64,000 nucleotides of DNA from the human T2T-CHM13v2.0 reference genome, Homo sapiens. The position numbers and the translations under genes are program-made. Of the stretch, positions 52,744 through 63,150 are shown piece after piece. The number at the start of each line of letters is the position of its first letter. Position 1 is the first letter of the stretch. The notes under the pieces were generated by a model. The model did not search any database. It had not been told where the DNA came from and saw only the letters and a list, made by a program, of their open reading frames with translations. The DNA lies in the NCBI RefSeq assembly GCF_009914755.1, contig NC_060939.1; one strand, 5' to 3'.

Positions 52744-55726
52744 ATGGTGGCTAATTTTTTCAAGAGCTTGATTTTACCTTACATTCATAAGCTTTGCAAA
52801 GGAATGTTTACAAAGAAATTGGGAAATACAAACAAAAACAAAGAGTATCGTCAGCAGAAAAAGGATCAAGACTTCCCCACTGCTGGCCAGACCAAATCCC
52901 CCAAATTTTCTTACACTTTTAAAAGCACTGTAAAGAAGATTGCAAAGTGTTCATCCACTCACAACTTATCCACTGAGGAAGACGAGGCCAGTAAAGAGTT
53001 TTCCCTCTCACCAACATTCAGTTACCGAGTAGCTATTGCCAATGGCCTACAAAAGAATGCTAAAGTAACCAACAGTGATAATGAGGATCTGCTTCAAGAG
53101 CTCTCTTCAATCGAGAGTTCCTACTCAGAATCATTAAATGAACTAAGGAGTAGCACAGAAAACCAGGCACAATCAACACACACAATGCCAGTTAGACGCA
53201 ACAGAAAGAGTTCAAGCAGCCTTGCACCCTCTGAGGGCAGCTCTGACGGGGAGCGTACTCTACATGGCTTAAAACTGGGAGCTTTACGAAAACTGAGAAA
53301 ATGGAAAAAGAGTCAAGAATGTGTCTCCTCAGACTCAGAGTTAAGCACCATGAAAAAATCCTGGGGAATAAGAAGTAAGTCTTTGGACAGAACTGTCCGA
53401 AACCCAAAGACAAATGCCCTGGAGCCAGGGTTCAGTTCCTCTGGCTGCATTAGCCAAACACATGATGTCATGGAAATGATCTTTAAGGAACTTCAGGGAA
53501 TAAGTCAGATTGAAACAGAACTTTCTGAACTACGAGGGCACGTCAATGCTCTCAAGCACTCCATCGATGAGATCTCCAGCAGTGTGGAGGTTGTACAAAG
53601 TGAAATTGAGCAGTTGCGCACAGGGTTTGTCCAGTCTCGGAGGGAAACTAGAGACATCCATGATTATATTAAGCACTTAGGTCATATGGGTAGCAAGGCA
53701 AGCCTGAGATTTTTAAATGTGACTGAAGAAAGATTTGAATATGTTGAAAGCGTGGTGTACCAAATTCTAATAGATAAAATGGGTTTTTCAGATGCACCAA
53801 ATGCTATTAAAATTGAATTTGCTCAGAGGATAGGACACCAGAGAGACTGCCCAAATGCAAAGCCTCGACCCATACTTGTGTACTTTGAAACCCCTCAACA
53901 AAGGGATTCTGTCTTAAAAAAGTCATATAAACTCAAAGGAACAGGCATTGGAATCTCAACAGATATTCTAACTCATGACATCAGAGAAAGAAAAGAGAAA
54001 GGGATACCATCCTCCCAGACATATGAGAGCATGGCTATAAAGTTGTCTACTCCAGAGCCAAAAATCAAGAAGAACAATTGGCAGTCACCTGATGACAGTG
54101 ATGAAGATCTTGAATCTGACCTCAATAGAAACAGTTACGCTGTGCTTTCCAAGTCAGAGCTTCTAACAAAGGGAAGTACTTCCAAGCCAAGCTCAAAATC
54201 ACACAGTGCTAGATCCAAGAATAAAACTGCTAATAGCAGCAGAATTTCAAATAAATCAGATTATGATAAAATCTCCTCACAGTTGCCAGAATCAGATATC
54301 TTGGAAAAGCAAACCACAACCCATTATGCAGATGCAACACCTCTCTGGCACTCACAGAGTGATTTTTTCACTGCTAAACTTAGTCGTTCTGAATCAGATT
54401 TTTCCAAATTGTGTCAGTCTTACTCAGAAGATTTTTCAGAAAATCAGTTTTTCACTAGAACTAATGGAAGCTCTCTCCTGTCATCTTCGGACCGGGAGCT
54501 ATGGCAGAGGAAACAGGAAGGAACAGCGACCCTGTATGACAGTCCCAAGGACCAGCATTTGAATGGAAGTGTTCAGGGTATCCAAGGGCAGACTGAAACT
54601 GAAAACACAGAAACTGTGGATAGTGGAATGAGTAATGGCATGGTGTGTGCATCTGGAGACCGGAGTCATTACAGTGATTCTCAGCTCTCTTTACATGAGG
54701 ATCTTTCTCCATGGAAGGAATGGAATCAAGGAGCTGATTTAGGCTTGGATTCATCCACCCAGGAAGGTTTTGATTATGAAACAAACAGTCTTTTTGACCA
54801 ACAGCTTGATGTTTACAATAAAGACCTAGAATACTTGGGAAAGTGCCACAGTGATCTTCAAGATGACTCAGAGAGCTACGACTTAACTCAAGATGACAAT
54901 TCTTCTCCATGCCCTGGCTTGGATAATGAACCACAAGGCCAGTGGGTTGGCCAATATGATTCTTATCAGGGAGCTAATTCTAATGAGCTATACCAAAATC
55001 AAAACCAGTTGTCCATGATGTATCGAAGTCAAAGTGAATTGCAAAGTGATGATTCAGAGGATGCCCCACCCAAATCATGGCATAGTCGATTAAGCATTGA
55101 CCTTTCTGATAAGACTTTCAGCTTCCCAAAATTTGGATCTACACTGCAGAGGGCTAAATCAGCCTTGGAAGTAGTATGGAACAAAAGCACACAGAGTCTG
55201 AGTGGGTATGAGGACAGTGGCTCTTCATTAATGGGGAGATTTCGGACATTATCTCAATCAACTGCAAATGAGTCAAGTACCACACTTGACTCTGATGTCT
55301 ACACGGAGCCCTATTACTATAAAGCAGAGGATGAGGAAGATTATACTGAACCAGTGGCTGACAATGAAACAGATTATGTTGAAGTCATGGAACAAGTCCT
55401 TGCTAAACTAGAAAACAGGACTAGTATTACTGAAACAGATGAACAAATGCAAGCATATGATCACCTTTCATATGAAACACCTTATGAAACCCCACAAGAT
55501 GAGGGTTATGATGGTCCAGCAGATGATATGGTTAGTGAAGAGGGGTTAGAACCCTTAAATGAAACATCAGCTGAGATGGAAATAAGAGAAGATGAAAACC
55601 AAAACATTCCTGAACAGCCAGTGGAGATCACAAAGCCAAAGAGAATTCGTCCTTCTTTCAAAGAAGCAGCTTTAAGGGCCTATAAAAAGCAAATGGCAGA
55701 GTTGGAAGAGAAGATCTTGGCTGGAG
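52744..55726 (+). CDS. UNC13C: First coding exon of protein unc-13 homolog C (Munc13-3): N-terminal 994 codons + 1 nt; C1/C2/MUN exons lie outside the window
   Basis: 3-kb stop-free frame. The first ATG (52744, tccATGG) follows an in-frame TAA at 52732. The translation [27 protein letters not shown]...[24 protein letters not shown] is recognised as the Munc13-3 N-terminus. Phase-1 donor GGAG|gtattc at 55726/55727. Confidence 0.95.
53470..53994 (+). other. UNC13C: LINE ORF1p-like module (coiled coil + RRM + start of CTD) within UNC13C, aa ~243-417
   Basis: Heptad repeat followed by SLRFLNVTE...IEFAQRIG...KPRPILVYF...RDSVLKK...[13 protein letters not shown]...RERK, collinear with L1ORF1p NLRLIGVPE...IQEIQR...TPRHIIVRF...KEKMLR...KGKPIRLTADL...QARR (human ORF1p recalled from memory). 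Confidence 0.75.
55654..55713 (+). other. UNC13C: Calmodulin-binding amphipathic helix [20 protein letters not shown]
   Basis: Basic amphipathic helix with a Phe anchor. It matches the Ca2+/CaM-binding segment I recall being described for Munc13-3. Confidence 0.6.
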
Positions 55727-57324
55727 GTATTCATGTTTAAATGCTACATTGTGAGCTAATTGTGTTTTAACATTGGGTAGCACTTCTTTAGAGCATGCTC
55801 TGTGTTTACTTGGGTGAAAGAGTTTACTTGCAATGACTTTCCATGCTTTACTCTGAGGAGCATTTTGTTTTACTCAGGCAGCTCTCCTAAGAAGTTGGGC
55901 TTGATGATTTAAAATCAAAGAATATGTTAAATGGGTCATATTGGAATGAGCCCAAACTTAACCCAACACATTGTGGATCAGATTTCTCTGCTAAATTTAG
56001 GCACAAACCCCATTTAACATCAACTAACTTTGTGGCATCAGTTGTCAAACAAAAGTTGAGTGAAACCAAAGGTTAAGCCAACAGCCTGGCATCTATTTCT
56101 TGGTTCCATTAAGTTTACAGGGATGGAGAGAAAGGTGTAATCTTAAAAAAAAATGTGAAAAGATGGACTCTGAGACTTAACCACTCATTTTCCTATCCAT
56201 TCAACAATTTAGGGGTTGCCCATAGGAAAAGTTGTGTGTGCACAGGACAGTCCCATGGAAGACCATGGACTCCCTTACAACCTACTGGCACAGTCAGGGA
56301 GAGCAATAGAGCCAAGGCCCTAGGTCATGTCTGAGTGGTCACAAGCTATTCTTTGAGAAGAGATCAGTAAGGGGATAGAGTTGAGTGGTTACCTTCTTAA
56401 GAATAAAGTCCCTTCTCCACCATGGAAATGAGAAGAGTACCTTAACTAACTATTTTAATTGCTTTCTTGTGGGAACAACTTTGGATTATATACTTTTGGA
56501 AAGTGATAGTTATATGTAAATGTAAGAGTTTGTTTACTTTCTATTTCTCAACCCAACTTCCTCCGCACTTATTCCACTCCCTTACCATTTATTTTAGTTG
56601 CATGCTAATTACTTACATTTTTGGAATAGTCTGTTACTATCTAAATTTAAATGAATTGCATATTATTATTATGTTCCCTGATCATGGGATTGTCATCATT
56701 AACTAAGCTATTACTCTACATAATACTTCATAAAGGTGTATATGACCAAGTGTTACTTGCTATTATCAAATAACATAATAATATCTGCAGCCAGTAGCTG
56801 GTTATATCTTCTCTGTCTTGACCAAAGCTGTGATCAAACTCCCCTAAATGAGCCATTTTGTGGTTGATGTGAGTAGATTATTGAATAATCAGAAATCTTT
56901 ACTGCTAAACTATTTGAATTTCTAAGACAACTGAAATAACTAGGGTTTGCCACTCTAAAAATCTATCTTTATAAAACAACACAGTTTATGTAATTTATTT
57001 AGGAATGATATAAGTCAAAGGGATCTTGAATGCACTGGCTGTTGCAACATTTTGTGTTTTTGTTTTTTTTGCAGGGATGGGTAGTTCTCAACTATATTTA
57101 AAACTGATTTAAGAGTGAAAAGTAGTCAAATGTTATGCAAATGTAATGCATATGGTAATAATATCTATCTTATATTGGAGTGATTTTTGAGAGTCGGATA
57201 TCCTTGTTACTGAAATTCATTTGCTATTTCTTGGGATACAGGCCAGCAGTTTGACAATGTATTTTATTTGCTGTTGATTCAGAGTTTACTCAAAGGCAAA
57301 TGAAGACTAAGAAGTGCATGAGCA

Positions 57325-57352
57325 TGTGTGTGTGTGTGTGTGTGTGTGTGTG
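57325..57352 (+). repeat. (TG)14 microsatellite
   Basis: Direct reading of the sequence. Confidence 0.95.
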
Positions 57353-59624
57353 GTTTGTATATATCTGTTGTGACATAATAGAGAAATGTTTTAATGGCAG
57401 TTGGTTAATGTAGTTGCTTGAAATGTTAGGCAATATCATAAATAGGACAAGATGATACATTTCAGAAAAATGGATCTTCTTCAACTTCTAAAAATTCCAA
57501 ATTAGCAAGCCTCTGCAAAGCAGATTGTTACTGATGGTGACCCTTCAGCCAGCTAACAAACTTAGTCATCCAGTGAGTGGCACTTAACCTTGGAATACAC
57601 ACATGCTCTTGGTTATCTATAGCCACCTGGTTAAGAATAAAACCACGGATAAAACAATCCTGTGCCATTTACCTGCATATGAGGCCTGGCTATAGAGGAC
57701 TCAGACCCCTCCATCCTCTTGGAGCTTGGCTTCTTATTATCCTGTGAGCCAACTTTGAATGGAATCTGTTGGATATCATCTGTCCTAGAGGAAATCAGCA
57801 CACACATCTTTAAGATGGTCTCTGGTTGCTGAAAGGTACCAGATTGACTACCCAGGAAGCTGCGGTAGCCTAGATTTTAAAGGCTATCTCTGCTCCCCTT
57901 GGCAGCAGTCAGGCAGTTTTCCCCATCCTGTGCCACCCATATGCCTCTGAAGGAAGGACAGCCAAAGAAGGACATTTTCCAGGCCCCTTTCCTGCTCAGA
58001 GCATCCCAAAGAGGTGCCAATTGTCATGATGGTTTCTGTTCCCATGGCCATCTGCTTACTGGGCTTTGGGAAGATGCCAAAATATTTTTTCTCTCCATGG
58101 CTACGTAGTTATCACGAGGTAGCAGTGCTGTCTTTTCTCCATAAGTAACCTTAGCCAGATTGGAGTGCAGAGCTCTTGCTGTCAAACTGTGGGATGCTGT
58201 CTCTCTGACACAGCTTTATGGAATTATAAGCTCACACATTTGAATTATTTATTTCAACTGTTGTCTTCAGGATCCAGAGGACCAGAAAACTCCAATGTTT
58301 ATAGATGTGGATATTTGATGATAATGTTTCAGAGAACTTTCCACCTTAAACAGCATTCCAGTAGGAAGAGACCTTAGAGTGTGTGTAGCCAGAAGCTTCC
58401 CCATGAGTCAAATTCTTCCATTGTTGCTGGCCCCTGCTGAGTTGGCACCATTTGTGCAGCTGTCTTGATTCCTACACCATGATGGTGACTCTCTGATCCC
58501 CCACCTTCAGCCTTGTACCACCTATCAACTGGAATTAACTATTTATTGTCTCCTCAAAATTCCCATGTACTTGCCTCTTATCACACTGACTCTCATATTT
58601 ATGTGCATTTCTCATTTTCTATTCCAGAATAGTCTAGAGGCAAGTTGTCTTTTTTTTTAATCCTTTAACTTGTACTGTGCCTAGACCAGTGTTTTATACC
58701 CATATGGCATTGAGTTAATATGTGTTGGATAAATGCCTGAATCAAGAGAGGTGGGATACTAAATAAAAAAACACAAACTTTAAAGTCAAATCCAAATTCA
58801 AACTGTGGCTTTTAATCGCTAAGACTATGACTTTATCTCCTGAGAACTCAGAAGAATAGACATAAAAGCTTATTACTCAGAATTACTATATATTAGGCCC
58901 TTTCCAGGCTGTTTACCTGTTTTTCATTCTTTTACTTCTTATAACACCACTATTAATTTTATTTTATTATTATCCCATTTTACAGGTGAGGAAGCAGATG
59001 CTGAAAACTTAGCTAGCTTAATGTCATTCAGCTAATAAGTGGTGGATCCAGAATTACATGGATTGTTACTTTGGCTATTTAGAGCAGCAGTATGCTTATT
59101 CACTTCAAAGGTTGTTTTTATTCAAGTTTTAAGTTGGAAAAACTGATAAGAGATGAAGAACAGAGTCAGCCACTAGGTTTAGTTCAACTCAGAGATATTC
59201 ACGAGAAACCAGTATGAATATGAAAGGCACTAAGTTTCTGGGACTCTCAGGTTTTGATGTGAAATAGTTCATTCTCAGTGTTTCTACTTCAAATCCCTGG
59301 TTCATTTTATAAATCAAGATTTGTAGAGTGCAATAAATACTGTACTATAACAGCTGCTTGAAGGATGTTGTATTTGCAGTCTGATACACTTTACCTGAAA
59401 TCAGAACCTGACGTCAGTTTGAAGTATTAATAGTTTTCCTAGCAGAAGGCCAAAAATCTTGTTCTGAAAGAGACTGTGATATCGGAAATTAGCATACTTC
59501 CTAGTTTTTACATCATGTATATATTCTGTTTTCTGAATGGTTATAAAACTGTCAGAATATGTTGACTTCCAAGTAAGGATATAAAACTGAAGGTATTAAA
59601 ATTTCCTAAGGTAGATACTTTGTT

Positions 59625-60000
59625 AGACTAGTGGTTCCTAATCTGGCTGGTTGTTAGAATCATCTGGAAAGCTTTTGTAGTAGTTGTTCCTGGGATGTTA
59701 TTTTAAAATGACCAATTATTAGCATATTTTCACAGATTATTGTGACTTGGTGGTCCTACAACGGGGCCAGGCATATGCCTTTAAATTACACGAGTTACTG
59801 ATGTAATATATGCCCTTTAATAAAACAACAGCAACAACCACACACACAATTAAAAACATAATAAAACAAAATCTAAAATGAAAAGTAAAAAAGCTCACCT
59901 GTGGACAGTCCAGGTCAGGAGGATGCAGTCTGGCTATTCAGATGCTCCCTTGACGGTTCTGAGGGATGTGATCATCAGAACACATTTGAAGAGCACTACT
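59625..60000. mobile_element. MER5-type hAT-Charlie DNA transposon remnants
   Basis: agtggttcctaatctggctg...ttagaatcatctggaaagcttt...catttgaagagcact. Confidence 0.45.
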
Positions 60001-60099
60001 AAAAGCTATGTAGCAAATATACCTGCTCACACGGCGTTCTTAATTTCCCCCTTTTTAAACTTGAAAGAGATAAAATCAGTCTAAGGAAAAATATTAATA

Positions 60100-60420
<321 letters not shown>

Positions 60421-61536
60421 GATTTTTCTTAACTTAAAAACAAAAGATGTTTTGTCAACCTTTCAGAGTTAAGTAGATTATTACATTTTGTGAAAAGGCT
60501 TTAGTAATATCTACATATGAAAATAGAGCAATAAAGATGTATTCCTTAAAAGGTATGTATGAATTTAAAATTTTAGAAATCATCTGTATCAAAAGTCCTA
60601 GGGGATTTTCCTGTAGAAACCATTTAGTGCATAATTTTGCCTACAAATAAATTCCTATCCTTCCACATTTTATCTGACAACTTGGGGCTTTTTTTTTGTT
60701 TGTTTTTGGTAAATCTTCCTTCAAGCATAGCAATACTGGTAATAGTAGAAGGCAACTTATTTGCAAAATGTTCCATAAAAATGCAGTGCATAACAATAAC
60801 CTTTTGTCTAGTATTTTTTGCTTCTAATACACTAGAATTATCTATAAAGTGATTCTCTTGTTTTTTTAATTGACATTTTTATTTGACAGTAACATTTTTA
60901 ATCGACAATAACAATTGTGTATATTTATGCGGTATAATGTAATGTTTTGAGTTACATATACATTGTAGAAAGATTCAAAGAAGCTAATTAACATATCCAT
61001 CACCTTACATATTTTTTTTTTAGTGAGAACATGACAAATCTATTCTTTCAGTAATTTTGAGATATACAATGTTATTATTGACTGTGGTCACCATACCGTG
61101 CAGTAGATCACTAACATTTATTCCTCCAGTCTAGCTCAAACTTTTTACCCTTTGATCAACATCTTCCCTTTTCCCACCTCACTCTCTACCCCAACCCTTA
61201 GCCTCAGGTAATCACCTTTCTAAAATCTGTTTCTCTGAGATTGACTTTGTTAGATTCCACATATAATTGAGATCATACAATACTTTTCTTCCTGTGCCTG
61301 ACTTATTTCACTTAGCATAATGTCCTTCAGTTACATCCGTGTTGTCACAATTACAGATTCCTTTCTTTTTAAAGACCGTGTAGTGTTCCATTGTGTGTAC
61401 ATCTACTTTTTTATCCATTCATCCACTGGTAGACACTTAGGTTGCTTTCATATCTTGGCTATTGTGAATATTGCTGAAGTAAACATGGAAGTGCAGCTAT
61501 CTCTTTGAAATATCAGTCTCAATTCCTTTGGATATG

Positions 61537-61926
61537 CAGCCCTGAGATGCGTAATGACACTTCAGTTGATGATGGACTGCATATATGACAGTCTGTATAC
61601 ATGATGGTGGTCCCAAAAGATTATAATACTGTATTTTTACTGTACCTTTTCTATCTTTGAATATGTTTAGAAACACAAACCTTTACCAGTGTGTTACAAT
61701 TGTCTACAGTAATCACTATAGTAACATGCTCTATATGTTAAATTGTAAATGTTTATGTATCTAAACATATCTAGCAGCAATAGGCTATACCATATAGCTT
61801 AGGTGTATAGTAGGTGATACCATTTACGTTTGTCTAAGGTACAGTCTATGATGGTCAAGCAATGACAAAATCACCTAATGACTCATTTCTCAGAACATAT
61901 CCTTGTTGTTAAGCAACACATGACTG
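61537..61926 (-). mobile_element. Tigger3a/GOLEM-type TcMar DNA transposon
   Basis: Ends ...catttctcagaacatatccttgttgttaagcaacacatgactg; internal ggctataccatatagcttaggtgtatagtagg. Confidence 0.8.
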
Positions 61927-62154
61927 AATATGAAGAAGTGGGATTGGTAGATCATATTTTCTAGTAATTATATTTTTAGTTTTGAAGGAACCTCCATAGT
62001 ATTTTCTGAAATGGCCGTGCTAATATACGTTCCTACCAACAATGTACAAGAATTTCCTTTTCTCTACATTCTCACCAACACTTGTTATTATTCATCTTTT
62101 TGATCGTCATTGAAACAGGTGTGAGGTGATATCACACTGTGGTTTTTTGGCTGT

Positions 62155-62312
62155 TTCTTTTTTTTTTAAGCAACAGGTTCTCTGTCACCCAGGCTGGAGT
62201 ACCTTGACGATCATGGCTCACTGCAGCCTCAAACTTCAGGGATCAAGAGATTCTCCTGCCTCAGCTTCCAGAGTAGCTGGGATTACAAGCAAAAGCCACC
62301 CCAGCCCAGCCT
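62155..62312 (-). mobile_element. Old Alu monomer (FRAM / AluJ right arm)
   Basis: ctgtcacccaggctggagt...gatcatggctcactgcagcctcaaac; flanking tgtggtttt duplication. Confidence 0.75.
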
Positions 62313-62909
62313 CTTTGTGGTTTTAATTTGCATTTCCCTGAGATACTGAGCATTGTTTGATATATCTTCCATTTACATCTATCCTTTTGATAAACGTCTG
62401 CTCAGGTTCTTTGCCTATTTTAAAACCAGGTTACTTATTTTCTTGCTATTGACTTGTTTGGGTTCCTTATGTATTTTGGACATTAGCCCCTTATCAAATA
62501 TATGGTTTGCAAATAATATTTTCTTCCAATTCATGGATCGTCTCATCTTTCTGTAAATTGTTTCCTTGGCTATGCAGAAGCTTTTTACTTCGATGTAATT
62601 CCATTTGCCTATTTTGCTTTTGCTGTCTGTGCTTTCGGAGTCAAAGGAGACCTTTGAGGAGTGAAGTGGCCAAGGGCCCCTAGAAGCAGTAGAGAACCAG
62701 CTAGGGACACTACTTCTTGCTAGAGATAAAGCCTAAAAGATCCAACAGTAAAATTCATCTAGGAGGCAAGACTAGAACCCAACGAATACATGTGTTTGTA
62801 AATTGGTTCAGAGGGGAGAAAGATAATATGTATAAGGAGATTAGTCCCAACTGGAGCCAAAGTGTTTAAGTGTATTCTGGTGTGAGATGGAACTAAGAGA
62901 AAGGGAAAG

Positions 62910-63150
62910 AAACCAATAGGTATGCTATTCTATCAGACTCAGTTCTAGGCATTTTAATTTCATACTTGTCACCATAGCTTTGGGAAGAAGGTACTGTTAG
63001 CCTCATCTTACAAGTGAGATGACTGAGTCTCAGAGGAGCAAAACAAGGAAGGCCCAACATCATATAGCGAATTAAGGGTGTTGGTTGACTCCTATTGTGC
63101 CTTGCCCAGAATCCAAAGTCGATGCTCTTTCCCTGACATCCTGTTGCCAA
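62910..63150 (-). mobile_element. MIR SINE
   Basis: cctcatcttacaagtgag..gactgagtctcagagg...ccaaagtc.atgctcttt. Confidence 0.65.

Larger units (their letters stand above)
60865..62640 (-). mobile_element. L1MA (MA4-8-like) 3' end, interrupted by Tigger3 and an Alu monomer
   Basis: gctaattaacatatccatcacct, gactttgttagattccacatataa, gctatgcagaagcttttt motifs. Confidence 0.8.

Noticed and set aside
54206-54934. Overlapping ORFs of 118 aa (+) and 157 aa (-) in the coding exon
   Set aside because: Expected shadows of a long coding frame; no recognisable motifs or independent expression signals.
55727-55740. ORF-track C-terminus GIHV* as the canonical protein end
   Set aside because: It lies past the GT donor; the canonical protein continues in downstream exons. 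Kept only as a hypothetical isoform.
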